Shown: positions 1 through 9,146 of the stretch, in pieces
Position numbering within the stretch: position 1 is the stretch's first letter
Layout: every line of letters begins with the position of its first letter
Source: Candidatus Zixiibacteriota bacterium
Lineage (GTDB): Bacteria > Zixibacteria > MSB-5A5 > GN15 > FEB-12
Assembly: GCA_022571985.1 (NCBI GenBank)
Contig: JACZWU010000010.1
Location: 4,322 to 68,321, forward strand
Length of the DNA stretch: 64,000 bases
Direction of reading: 5' to 3'
Position numbers and translations under genes: made by a program
Notes under the pieces: model-generated
What the model was told of the DNA's origin: nothing
The model's input: the letters and a program-made list of their open reading frames with translations, nothing else
Databases searched by the model: none

Positions 1-869
1 GAATCTGAAATGCCGGCATACAAAGCATGAATCGGCACTTTTTGTGCCGGCTCGTAGACTACTTCGGCTGCTTCATCAATCATAATTTCGTCCGATATGC
101 CCGGAAGACCTGCAGCACCAATCTGTTCATCAGTAAATCTAAAGGAAACCATCGTGTAAGCTCTATACTTGGTTTTTTTCCTTGAAACTTTCTTAATTTG
201 AAAGACTGATCCCTTAATAACTTTTGCTGCAGCCTTTTCAAAACCCATGTCTTTGACAGTAGAATATAGTGCTTTGATATTTTTGGGTTTCCCCTTTTGG
301 TCTATCAAAACTTTCAGGTAGACATCCGCTTCGATCAGACGGCCCAAAGCAATCTTTGGATATTCCATATTACCCATCTTAACAGGATCTAATAAGGGAG
401 CGTCTAACCCGACCCCAACATATTTAGTTCGAAATTCCGGCCATGGGCCTCTTTGCAAATAAGGGTCTGTATAACTGACAGGATAATAACCAACATAATC
501 TACGGGATAAGGGCCATCCCACTTAGCCCCAAAGCGAGTGTATTCGACTGCTCGTATAGCAGCTTTCTCAAAGCCATAATCAGGCGTGCTGCAACTTATA
601 ACCTCAGCACTTGCAACAACGCCTTTAGCACCTATAAATATTCTCAGCCACACTACGCATCTTTTTTCTGAGAATTTTCCTTTGTCAGGGTAAACTACCC
701 GCAATGGTTCGAAAGGGATTGCTATAGAATCACCAAAATCTGATTTCATTATTTCCGGAAAAGAAGAATCGAGTTTCCCGGAAAATGTAGCTGGACAGCT
801 AAGTAAATAGCAAGCGAGCAGGCACCACCACGATATATATGAGAAACCTCTGCTAATCTGGTTTTGCAT
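1..869 (-). CDS. TonB C-terminal-domain-like protein; 5' end present, 3' end runs off the left window edge
   Basis: Reverse-strand ORF absent from the track because it is open at the edge. ATG is at 869-867. The translation starts MQNQISRGFSYISWWCLLACYLLSC (signal/lipobox-like). Two segments then resemble TonB_C domains (…VVASAEVISCSTPDYGFEKAAIRAVEYTRF… and …DVYLKVLIDQKGKPKNIKALYSTVKDMGFEKAAAKVIKGSVF…). Confidence 0.5.
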   Translation of the reverse strand, partial: MQNQISRGFSYISWWCLLACYLLSCPATFSGKLDSSFPEIMKSDFGDSIAIPFEPLRVVYPDKGKFSEKRCVVWLRIFIGAKGVVASAEVISCSTPDYGFEKAAIRAVEYTRFGAKWDGPYPVDYVGYYPVSYTDPYLQRGPWPEFRTKYVGVGLDAPLLDPVKMGNMEYPKIALGRLIEADVYLKVLIDQKGKPKNIKALYSTVKDMGFEKAAAKVIKGSVFQIKKVSRKKTKYRAYTMVSFRFTDEQIGAAGLPGISDEIMIDEAAEVVYEPAQKVPIHALYAGISD

Positions 870-1346
870 GAAGATATCTACCCTCCCCATAGAAAGTTAT
901 TCTCTTCTAATTGCCACTCTCTATTTTGCACGAACATCTCATTTAAGTCAAGTGGCAGCTTGCTCACCGGCCCCCGACCAGACCAAGCCTATTAGCCAAA
1001 AAACTTCACTAAGCGGGCCTATGTGGATATATTGAGGCTTCAGTGTTAATTTTTGCCTCGCATTACAACTTTGCAAGGTCATTGTCTCGAGTCCAAAAAG
1101 CCGCCAAATTCTGCGCCAGGGGCAAATAAAGGCGGTTTTTCGAGCTTGACACAGGTTCGCATTTGGGCTAAACTTCGGCCATTCAGTAGCCATTAGCAGA
1201 TCTAATCTACAGATAGAGCTTGCTGGCATTGTTTAAGGTCAAAAGTGGCAATACTGAAAAGCGTTCGAGCTGTATAGAGCGTAATTGATGTGGATTAGCA
1301 AATATTGTAATAGTAACCAGCGTATTTACCTTAGGAGGAGGAACGC

Positions 1347-2117
1347 ATGAAAAAAATGCTGACATTTTTGTTTGTTCTGGCTTTTCTGATGACTTCCGCA
1401 GTCTCAGCCCAAAGCTCGATGGATTTCGGTTTCAAGTTTGGCGGAAACAGGGCCAAAATGTCCGGGGACCCTTCAATTTTCAACTTAATTACAGCCGTGC
1501 TGACTACTTTCACAGGTGCTGTAGAAGTTGATAATGATGCCCGCATTGGTCTGGTCGGTGGTGCATTCTTGACTATTCATACCAGCCCTAATTTTTCTAT
1601 TCAGCCCTAATTTTTCTATTCGACCAAAGGAATGGAAACGAAATTCCGTTATACTTTTAATAGTGTAGACTACGAGACCGTGCTCCAGATCAAGTTGATT
1701 TATGTGGAAATCCCGGTACTGTTAAAGTATAAATTTTCTACCGAAGGCAACCTCAAGCCCAGTTTTTACTTCGGACCTGCTCTTGGCCTGAATGTCAGCG
1801 GCAACTTTACCGGTGAAGAAGGTTCTCTGGGCGGTGATGCCCTGGATTTGGGAGAACTCGATATTTCTAACCTGACCAGTACCGAATTCTCCGCAGTTAT
1901 TGGCGGTGAGCTGGGTATTGCTATGGGTAATACTACGCTGCTGTTGGACCTGAGATATACCGCAGGTCTGACCACAGTATTTGACGATGCCAGTTTTGCT
2001 ACGGCGATTACTAATAGCGAGTGGGCTTTTGTCGACGATAACGGAATCGCAGATGACATGAAAAACAGCGGTTTTTCACTATCTGTTGGTGTCTCATTTC
2101 CCATCGGCGGCAATTAG
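1347..2117 (+). pseudogene. Outer-membrane beta-barrel (porin-family/OMP_b-brl-like) gene split by an in-frame TAA
   Basis: ORFs 1347..1610 and 1632..2117 are in the same frame, separated by TAA at 1608-1610. The first has a signal peptide (MKKMLTFLFVLAFLMTSAVSAQS). The junction …FSIQP*FFYSTKG…YVEIPVLLKY… and the alternating hydrophobic strands look like one barrel protein. The stop lies inside a 19-bp tandem duplication. This could be a real pseudogene or a sequence or assembly error. Confidence 0.55.
1583..1620 (+). repeat. Perfect 19-bp tandem duplication (cagccctaatttttctatt x2)
   Basis: Copy 1 is 1583-1601 and copy 2 is 1602-1620, identical. Copy 2 supplies the TAA that interrupts the OMP reading frame. 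Confidence 0.95.
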
Positions 2118-2142
2118 TCAAGACAATTAGATTATAGATAAT

Positions 2143-2182
2143 AAAACAGGTTGTCTCTTTAATAGAGACAACCTGTTTTTTT
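2143..2182. terminator. Bidirectional intrinsic terminator between convergent genes
   Basis: The hairpin aaaacaggttgtctc-tttaata-gagacaacctgtttt is a perfect 15-bp stem with a 7-nt loop. A T-run follows on the plus strand and an A-run precedes it (a T-run on the minus strand). Confidence 0.85.
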
Positions 2183-2215
2183 GTCAGCTTATCGCCGGGA
2201 AAACTTTTTCAGCTA

Positions 2216-2683
2216 TTATTCTCCTGCAGCCGATAGCTCTGTATCAGAAACTTCTGCCCTAACTACAGCTTTTCGGCCGAGAATTCCATACACTACTCCC
2301 AGCACAATCCCGTAAATAGCATGGCCCAAGAGGCTCGGAAGCATCTTTACTGCAGCAGCCAGACTCCAGTTAACTCCAAAACCCATGCCCATAAATAGCG
2401 GCATCAAAGTTAAAGGACCGAGCAGCCACCAGAATCCACCATAGGCTATTCCGAAGCCTGCACCACTGCCGATTCGATTTGCAAAACGCCCAAAGACGGC
2501 ACCAAAAGCGGCACCGATAACGGCACTATTGATCATGTGTACTAGAAAGCCGACCGTAGCGGACGGAAATCCTACCATTTTGCCTATCATCGGCAGCATC
2601 CCCATCATACCCATCATGACACCGAAGATCAGACCTCCGGCGAGTCCGCCGATTACTCCGTTTGTGATTTGTGTTCGATTCAT
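2216..2683 (-). CDS. Gly-rich integral membrane protein, last gene of the ECF sigma operon
   Basis: Track ORF is 2216..2719. The ATG at 2683 (MNRTQITNGVIGG…) is preceded by AAGGAGA with 6-nt spacing, so I prefer it. There are about 4 hydrophobic Gly/Ala-rich segments. Confidence 0.6.
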   Translation of the reverse strand: MNRTQITNGVIGGLAGGLIFGVMMGMMGMLPMIGKMVGFPSATVGFLVHMINSAVIGAAFGAVFGRFANRIGSGAGFGIAYGGFWWLLGPLTLMPLFMGMGFGVNWSLAAAVKMLPSLLGHAIYGIVLGVVYGILGRKAVVRAEVSDTELSAAGE

Positions 2684-2832
2684 TTTGATTCTCCTTTCGA
2701 ACTTGTTGCAGTTATCCAAAATTAGTTATTTTTGCAATTTCAATTTTAATTGCCTTCAGATAATTGGTCGGAGAACTGAGCTAAATGTTACAATGTTTTA
2801 CTATCCTGTTGATAGACAAGGGATTGCGGGGG

Positions 2833-3153
2833 TTACGATTGGTCTATATCGTTACTTATTAATACTCTTGAAATTCTCTGCCGGGATTCTTCGGACAAAT
2901 GGATGTCAGCTTCTGCTTCAATGACGTCGTCGCTTCTTAGCTTTTGGCCGATCAACTTTCGGATCAAATACAGCTGTTTGTAATTCCGACGGCAGAATTT
3001 GCACATCATAATATGGAGCTTTAATCCTGCGCGCTTTTTGAGTGGCAGGGTCTCGTCCATCGAAAAAGAAGCAAGTTCTGCCACTTCTTTGCAATCTGGC
3101 ATAACGTAATTCATTATTTTCATGAGAGACTTCATAGCTTTATATTCTTTCAT
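2833..3153 (-). CDS. Zinc-finger (zf-HC2 type) anti-sigma factor
   Basis: The H-x3-C-x2-C signature (…LKLHIMMCKFCRRNY…) is present. The gene overlaps the upstream sigma gene by 4 nt (3150-3153), the typical sigma/anti-sigma coupling. Confidence 0.7.
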   Translation of the reverse strand: MKEYKAMKSLMKIMNYVMPDCKEVAELASFSMDETLPLKKRAGLKLHIMMCKFCRRNYKQLYLIRKLIGQKLRSDDVIEAEADIHLSEESRQRISRVLISNDIDQS

Positions 3154-3782
3154 TCCTTGTCATCAGGCATTGCCTTTATCCAGTTTTTCTCCAGACAGAG
3201 CCGGAGCTGTTTTCGTGCACGGTATAGCATAACTCTTAGATTAGTATGGCTAATTGACAAAGCGTTACAGATATTTTTTGAGTCTATTTCTTCCAGTTCT
3301 CTTAAAACAAAAACCATTGAAAGCCTGATATCCAGACTTTCAATACAATTGTTGAGATACAGCCAGAATTCTTTGATTTCCACCGGATCGTCAGTATCGA
3401 CCATCCATTCGGCCGGTCGGCGATTCGGCTTCCAGCTTCCAGAATCTTGTCCTGATTCGGTAAAGTCTTCGTCTATATTGTCTGAAATAATAGCGGCCTC
3501 GTCAAAACTTACTTCGCGCTTCGACTTCCTGAAATGGTCCATGATTTTGTTATTTAAGATACCAATCAGCCAGGTCTGTTCGGTTGATTGACCTGCAAAA
3601 CTACTTTGTGCTTTGAGTCCGGCCAGAAGTGTCTCCGAAACGAGATCTTCGGCGGTCAGTTTATCTTTAACATACCGAAACGAGTACCTGAAAAGTATGT
3701 CGCCGTATAATTCCAGCCAATGCTCCGCGTCTATCGTCATTTTCTGAGATTTAGAATTTGGTTTAGTCATAATATAAATCAA
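3150..3782 (-). CDS. ECF (sigma-70 family group 4) RNA polymerase sigma factor
   Basis: Region 2-like segment: …LFRYSFRYVKDKLTAEDLVSETLLAGLK…TWLIGILNNKIMDHFRK. Region 4-like segment: …VFVLRELEEIDSKNICNALSISHTNLRVMLYRARKQLR. The start may be the ATG at 3770. Confidence 0.8.
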   Translation of the reverse strand: MIYIMTKPNSKSQKMTIDAEHWLELYGDILFRYSFRYVKDKLTAEDLVSETLLAGLKAQSSFAGQSTEQTWLIGILNNKIMDHFRKSKREVSFDEAAIISDNIDEDFTESGQDSGSWKPNRRPAEWMVDTDDPVEIKEFWLYLNNCIESLDIRLSMVFVLRELEEIDSKNICNALSISHTNLRVMLYRARKQLRLCLEKNWIKAMPDDKE

Positions 3783-3915
3783 TGTTCAGGTAATATTAGT
3801 GAATTTGATCAGGGATCGTAATACAAAAACACGCGGGTTGGAGATCAGGAATTCGCCATTAAATAGGAACAAAATGAAATTGGAGAGAGAATTGTTTCAG
3901 GATTTATCTCAATTT

Positions 3916-4347
3916 TTATGCATTGGGTAAATCATAGTCGTTTCTCTCTGCGGGAATCTCTGAAAAGTACTGAATGAATTCCCAATCATTTCCTTCGGGG
4001 TCGTAGAAATAGACACGCTTCCTGAATGGATGTTTATTGGGTACTGTTGACTCCTTAAATCCACCGGCTAATAGCCTTTCTCGCAACGAGTCGACGTCAT
4101 CTACTTCATAGGCGAGATGGTTCACTCCCGGAACCCCGGAGTATGGCGACCAGTCTCGCTGGGCGTCTGCCTTGGCTTGATTCAGTGCGATGTAGGTGTC
4201 ATCAGTGCCAACATGAAGCCATCGTCTGTCGCCCTTTATTTTTCCTTCTCCACGAACCCGGAAATCGGGAAATGCAGTTTGTAAGAAACCAATCATTACG
4301 TCAATGTCTTTGACGCAAAGATTTGCGTGCTCCAGTCGTACCAGCAT
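3916..4347 (-). CDS. VOC/glyoxalase-bleomycin resistance family protein
   Basis: …LEHANLCVKDID…HVGTDDTYIALNQ…GVNHLAYEVDDVDSLRERL…VYFYDPEGNDWEFIQY is the typical paired beta-alpha-beta-beta-beta pattern. Confidence 0.7.
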   Translation of the reverse strand: MLVRLEHANLCVKDIDVMIGFLQTAFPDFRVRGEGKIKGDRRWLHVGTDDTYIALNQAKADAQRDWSPYSGVPGVNHLAYEVDDVDSLRERLLAGGFKESTVPNKHPFRKRVYFYDPEGNDWEFIQYFSEIPAERNDYDLPNA

Positions 4348-4490
4348 TGAAAACCTCCTGACCTATACTCGCTTGGGGCAGTCTACATACCAAGTTTAAG
4401 ACAATAGAGAACTATTTGTCAAGTATGAAATATTCAAGTAGGTGTCCAGGATTCTGCCCTTTTCCTCTTGCTGATTGTTGATATTAATTC

Positions 4491-4540
4491 TTTGGCAGGA
4501 TAAATTGCCTTGAAAATACGTTGTTTAGTATTATGTTATG
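4491..4540 (+). promoter_or_regulatory. Conserved 50-bp promoter/operator motif, copy 1 (upstream of 4588 gene)
   Basis: tttggcaggataaattgccttgaaaatacgttgtttagtattatgttatg matches 9075-9124 at 39/50 positions without gaps. It contains TTGCCT-18-TATTAT (sigma70-like). It also contains GGATA-N16-CGTT (ECF-like spacing). Confidence 0.45.
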
Positions 4541-4587
4541 TGGCGCACAGCTAAAAGGAACTTACTACAGCAAAAAAGGAGGCAACA

Positions 4588-5229
4588 ATGGGAAATATAA
4601 GCTTTGTCAGAGTCGGCGGTATATGTGCCATCCTGGGGGTGGTAAGCGCTATCGTGGCGCGCATCTTTTTTGGTTTTGGAGACATTGTGACTGGCCACTG
4701 GTTCGATATCCTGTTCCCTGTGCTGACTATGGCCGCCGTCCTGGGGTTCTACCAGGCCCTGCGCCAGGCCGGACCTCTGCTTTTGATAGCGGTGGTGGCC
4801 TTCCTCACCGGTATCATCTTTGTCCTTGCCCATGCGTTCATCCGATTGGGTATCGCCTATGAACTGGTGCCGGGCATCGCAGAAGCCAGTGCAGCCACCA
4901 GGCCTGCCCTGGAGGTAATGCTCGACACCCTCCGCCAAACAAGCTGGCTAGCCGCGGGCGTAGGGTACGTGCTTATCTTCGGGATCGGCGTACTCCTCTT
5001 CAGTTTCGCCATTCTACGGACGTCGGTGGTGCCCAAGTGGATCGGGTGGCTGGGCCTGATAGCTGTGGCGGTGAACCTGGCATTGGTGACGCTTCTCTCG
5101 GGTGTGTTTGACAGCAACATCAGACCTCCCTGGTTGTTAGCCTCGGGAACCTTCCTGGGGTGGGTGCTAGCCATGGGAGTCGTCCTGCTGCGGCTGAAGG
5201 AGCCGGTGGCAGCGGATTCTGAGGCGTAG
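4588..5229 (+). CDS. Multi-pass membrane protein (DUF4386-like by general appearance)
   Basis: Strong RBS (aaaaaggaggcaacaATG) and about 6 hydrophobic helices. GC is markedly higher (~55-65% in sampled stretches) than in neighbouring genes. The overlapping ORFs 4521..4862 and 4531..4938 are high-GC artefacts. Confidence 0.6.
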   Translation: MGNISFVRVGGICAILGVVSAIVARIFFGFGDIVTGHWFDILFPVLTMAAVLGFYQALRQAGPLLLIAVVAFLTGIIFVLAHAFIRLGIAYELVPGIAEASAATRPALEVMLDTLRQTSWLAAGVGYVLIFGIGVLLFSFAILRTSVVPKWIGWLGLIAVAVNLALVTLLSGVFDSNIRPPWLLASGTFLGWVLAMGVVLLRLKEPVAADSEA

Positions 5230-5538
5230 GCTCCTGATCAAGGGAGTTGCATTAGACAGTTGCAGCGAGTGTTGACTTCGCACATCAAGGGCGCCACAAA
5301 ACAATTCGCTGGAGCGGACGCAACCTCAGCGCGAAAATGATATGAAGAAGTCTCGCTGCGCCGCTCAGCTGAAGTCGTTATATGGCGATTTAAGGGGTTG
5401 GGAGTTTAATTTGGTTATCGGATTAATCTTATTGTAATAATTTTGGGTTCATAATTCTAAGCTGGCATTGTGGGACGCATTTTAGTATGCTAAGTTAGTG
5501 TTCAAAAAGCGCTGTACAGTATTGAGTTAAGCCAATTT

Positions 5539-6588
5539 ATGAGAACTAATCTTAAACGACGATTTCTTTTAGTCCTCGTTCTTATTTTTAGCCTGCTGTT
5601 TGCTGTCATCTCAGGAGAGATTGCGCTGCGGCTGTTTGGTTTCGAATTTGCGCTCTACCCGACAAAGGTTCAATTCGGCTGGCCGGATCCTGTCACACTC
5701 AAGAATTTATATCATTTTGACAAAGAACTATTATGGGTTCCCAAAGACTATTCTACCCGGGTGGCTGCTTGGAAAGGAAAACGACCAACAGTCGTTTTCA
5801 TGGGGGATTCAAATACGGAGTTTGGCAGGTACGATGAGTTTTTAAAATCGATTATCTATGAGCAAAACCCCAACTCTGCTTTCACTTTTGTAAATATGGG
5901 AGTAGCCGGCTGGAGTTCTTATCAGGGCTTGCAGCAGCTACAGCGTGATGTCTTACCCATGCTGCCGCGCTTTGTAACCATTTACTACGGCTGGAATGAC
6001 CACTGGACTAGTTTTGGTATTGAAGACAAAAACATGGGTGAATATAATCTGGAATATTCGACCTTGCAGTTAGAAGTCTTTTCTAATGTTCGAGTTGTGC
6101 AGCTTCTTAACAAAGCCATCTTCATTCTCAAGCGAAACGTAACTGAGCAGGATGAGCGAGATCCAGAGAGAGTTTCGCTTGCTGATTTTAAATCTAATCT
6201 TCTTCAAATGGTTCAGATAGCTCGAGATAACGATATTATTCCTCTGCTGCTTACTGCCCCGTCATCCCATAAAAAAGGGCAAGAGCCTGAATATCTGGCG
6301 GAGCGATGGCTAAACGATTTGAACGAACTGGTCCCGATACATAAGAAGTATGTGCAGGCAGTACGTGACATTAGTGCCAAAGAAGATGTGCTGCTCATAG
6401 ACCTTCATGCGGAATTTGATCGACTGCCTCAGGAGGATATAATTAAGTTTTTTCAAAAGGATGGTATTCACTTGACTGAGCAAGGAAACAGGAAAATTGC
6501 TGAGTTGATGTACAATTATTTTGTGAGAAACGATTTGCAGAATCGGTTGGATGGCAATGGGAAAACGCACTCTCAGATTAGCTTATGA
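5539..6588 (+). CDS. SGNH/GDSL-type hydrolase with N-terminal membrane anchor
   Basis: Block I VVFMGDSNTEFG, block III GWNDHW and block V DGIHLTEQGNRKIAE are present, with an N-terminal hydrophobic helix. Confidence 0.75.
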   Translation: MRTNLKRRFLLVLVLIFSLLFAVISGEIALRLFGFEFALYPTKVQFGWPDPVTLKNLYHFDKELLWVPKDYSTRVAAWKGKRPTVVFMGDSNTEFGRYDEFLKSIIYEQNPNSAFTFVNMGVAGWSSYQGLQQLQRDVLPMLPRFVTIYYGWNDHWTSFGIEDKNMGEYNLEYSTLQLEVFSNVRVVQLLNKAIFILKRNVTEQDERDPERVSLADFKSNLLQMVQIARDNDIIPLLLTAPSSHKKGQEPEYLAERWLNDLNELVPIHKKYVQAVRDISAKEDVLLIDLHAEFDRLPQEDIIKFFQKDGIHLTEQGNRKIAELMYNYFVRNDLQNRLDGNGKTHSQISL

Positions 6589-6748
6589 TCATTTACTTTG
6601 TTTAAAAATCAGAGAGAAGCAAGTCTGACTCATTCGAGCTAACAGGCTTGCTCCCCTCAAATTTCAACCAACAAAAATCTTATAACGATTCGTGCTCAGC
6701 GCCCGACGCCGGCAAGCGCCGGAAAGGTCTAACCCTGCCGCACTGCGA

Positions 6749-7111
6749 TTAGACGCAGCCTGGAGGAATAAACGGAGAACAACAATCGCCAGTAGCGTTG
6801 TTATCAATAGTGATCGTGCCTCCGGCTGTAACCCTTCGACAGACCGCGCCATCTTCATTACGATCTGCAGGATCCCCGATCCCAGCTTCGAAGTCGAAGC
6901 CCTCCGGGCAGCAGTTGCCGGTTGGATTTCCTTCGACCCCATGGGTCAGCTGTGGAACAGACTCGTCGTTGCTTGAAACAGTAGGCGCGTCTATTTGCGG
7001 AACAAGCTCGTTCGCGCTCGTAAAAGTAGGCGCTCCCTGACCACAGCCTAAGCCTAATACGAAGAGCGCTAAAATCAGAATCGGTGCTGTTAGATAAAAT
7101 GCTTTTTTCAT
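6749..7111 (-). CDS. Small secreted lipoprotein, Cys-containing, unknown function
   Basis: MKKAFYLTAPILILALFVLGLGCGQG carries a lipobox. The remainder is Gly/Pro/Cys-rich (…GNCCPEGFDF…GDCCSPFIPPGCV). Confidence 0.5.
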   Translation of the reverse strand: MKKAFYLTAPILILALFVLGLGCGQGAPTFTSANELVPQIDAPTVSSNDESVPQLTHGVEGNPTGNCCPEGFDFEAGIGDPADRNEDGAVCRRVTAGGTITIDNNATGDCCSPFIPPGCV

Positions 7112-7675
7112 GATACTTTCTCCTTTCGAAAGTTATATTGCAGACTAAATTGCTTGGCAGTCGACCATCCCTGTGACTCAGAATAATATACTCGATTTGT
7201 CCATTGTGCCAAGCCCTTTATGGTCACGCCGTGGAGCGAGAAACCTATAACCAAATCTACGCTTTCGCTCGCCAAAAAGTTAGTGAAATTGTACAATACA
7301 GGGAGCAAAGCTTACTGACAAAGACAGCCCCGCTGTTGTCTGTCACCGGGGCTGTCGTGTCATATTGTGAAGTTCTTATCAACCTGATTTATCAGATTTA
7401 CGCCATGATTCGGAATTATTCTCAGTGGAGTGGGGGGCGTTGTCTGTTTATTCTGGCGTATAATAGTATATTTTAGATGGCAGAAAATATAAGTTGTGGC
7501 AATAATCGCTTCTTGATCTCGTTGGCCGAACGTGTCTCGTGAAAAAGACAAATAGACAACTGTAAAATGTTTGTCAAATTGCTTCTTATTAACTATCTAC
7601 CAAACAATATGGAGATGGAAATTTTGGAGGCATACTATCCGCGATGAATCAAGTGAATTCAAAGGGCCTTTCCCC

Positions 7676-8920
7676 GTGCATATAGTCATTGTCGGCTGTG
7701 GCCCAGCGGGCATATTCGCAGCGATTAGAGTAGCCGAAACCGGAAGCCAGAATCGCGTTACGGTACTTGAGGCCACCCATGAGCCACTCGACAAAGTACG
7801 TATATCCGGGGGCGGGCGATGTAACGTCACTCACAACTGTTTTGATCCGGTTGAATTGGTTAAACACTATCCACGTGGTCACAAGGAACTGAGAGGGCCG
7901 TTTTCTTTTTTCCAGCCGCGCGACATCGTGGAATTTTTCTTACGGCACGGTGTTAAACTTAAGTCGGAACCGGACGGGCGCATGTTCCCGATCACAGACT
8001 CATCGCAGACAATTATAGACTGCCTGCTGTCAGTTGCAAAATCACTCGGAGTGGAGATAAGACTCGGAAAGAGAGTGAAGACAATTACCGTAACATCGGA
8101 TGGTAACTCCTCTCGATTCATCATCGGTTTGTATACCGACGAGTCAATCGCTGCTGATCGAGTCATGATCGCTAGTGGAAGCAGCCCGCAAGGGTATCGT
8201 TTGGCTGAATCGGTCGGGCATACCATAGTGCCCTGTGTACCATCGCTCTTTACTTTCAAAGCTAAGGACGAGCGATTGAATGATTTGTCCGGTATCAGTT
8301 TTAGTCGGGTGCGATTACAATTGGATACCGGGGGAAATAAGAAGTTGTCGCAGACAGGACCATTATTGATAACACATTGGGGGCTAAGCGGTCCGGCCGT
8401 TCTAAAGCTGTCGGCCTGGGGGGCGCGAACGTTAAACGAGTGCCGCTATAAGGCTAAATTAACTGTGAATTTTCTGCCCGAACATGATATGGAATCGGTG
8501 TACAACGAATTTCTGTTGCGTAAAAAACGACATCCCAGAAAGCGTGTTGTATCACAGCCGCTTTTTGACATTCCCAAACGCTATTGGACTCGGGCAACTG
8601 CTGCCGCCGGTATTATTGACACGCTCTTGTGGGCCAATATTTCCAAAGTGGCTCTGACGGCACTTGCGCAACAGTTGACAACAGCAACTTTTCTGGTTAC
8701 CGGCAAAGGCATATTCAAAGAAGAGTTTGTGACCGCCGGTGGAGTGAGCCTAAAGGAGGTCGATTTCAGAACAATGCAGAGCCGCATCTGTCCGGGCTTG
8801 TATTTTGGCGGTGAGGTTCTGGATATCGACGGTGTCACTGGCGGATTTAATTTTCAGTCATCCTGGACCACCGGCTGGATTGCCGGTGGAAGTATGGGGG
8901 GAACTTCACTCAAAAACTGA
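7676..8920 (+). CDS. BaiN/HI0933-like FAD-dependent flavoprotein
   Basis: Motifs seen: IVIVGCGPAGIFAAI (Rossmann), RISGGGRCNVTH, LITHWGLSGPAVLKLSAW, GLYFGGEVLDIDGVTGGFNFQSSWTTGWIAG. Track ORF starts at TTG 7571. The in-frame GTG at 7676 puts the GxGxxG motif at the N-terminus as usual for this family. The start is uncertain. Confidence 0.8.
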   Translation: MHIVIVGCGPAGIFAAIRVAETGSQNRVTVLEATHEPLDKVRISGGGRCNVTHNCFDPVELVKHYPRGHKELRGPFSFFQPRDIVEFFLRHGVKLKSEPDGRMFPITDSSQTIIDCLLSVAKSLGVEIRLGKRVKTITVTSDGNSSRFIIGLYTDESIAADRVMIASGSSPQGYRLAESVGHTIVPCVPSLFTFKAKDERLNDLSGISFSRVRLQLDTGGNKKLSQTGPLLITHWGLSGPAVLKLSAWGARTLNECRYKAKLTVNFLPEHDMESVYNEFLLRKKRHPRKRVVSQPLFDIPKRYWTRATAAAGIIDTLLWANISKVALTALAQQLTTATFLVTGKGIFKEEFVTAGGVSLKEVDFRTMQSRICPGLYFGGEVLDIDGVTGGFNFQSSWTTGWIAGGSMGGTSLKN

Positions 8921-9074
8921 TTCGAACACAGTAGTTTGCAACTATTATTTTGTAAGAATCGGCTTGCAGAATCGGCTGACTGGCAAGGAGTGAACGGTAG
9001 TAGCAGGCTGGAAGAAACTAGAGCAAAAGATTAGGACTGCGCTTTTTTCTGCCAAAAGCGGCTGATATGGACTT

Positions 9075-9124
9075 TTTGGTAGGATAAATTGCTGGGAAGA
9101 TACGTTATAAAGTGCTATGTTATA
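9075..9124 (+). promoter_or_regulatory. Conserved 50-bp promoter/operator motif, copy 2 (upstream of 9147 gene)
   Basis: tttggtaggataaattgctgggaagatacgttataaagtgctatgttata matches 4491-4540 at 39/50 positions. Confidence 0.45.
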
Positions 9125-9146
9125 GCTAAACAGATATGGAGTTTAA

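Noticed and set aside
948-1229. 93-aa minus-strand ORF and a hairpin-like aaagccgcc…ggcggttttt (about 1098-1142) in the 470-nt gap upstream of the OMP gene; possible sRNA.
   Set aside because: The ORF has no motifs or RBS. The hairpin stem is short and interrupted. I could not match the region to any RNA family from memory (SRP, 6S, tmRNA, RNase P).
5290-5400. GC-rich imperfect inverted repeat (gagcggacgcaacctcagcg … cgctgcgccgctc) downstream of the membrane gene; possible REP-like element, terminator or gene relic.
   Set aside because: It is a single copy in the window and the stem has bulges. There is no T-tract, and I cannot assign it to a known element.
6613-6654. Hairpin gaagcaagtctg…caggcttgctc between the convergent genes 5539..6588 and 6749..7111, as a terminator.
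   Set aside because: The stem contains a bulge and a G-U pair, the loop is 16 nt, and there is no flanking T/A tract. It is too weak to call.
7204-7215. Isolated ATTGTGCC(A/G) octamers at 7204-7215 and 39323-39332 as extra copies of the island motif.
   Set aside because: They are single half-sites without the 11-bp-phased partner. About two such 8-mers are expected by chance in 128 kb of two-strand sequence.
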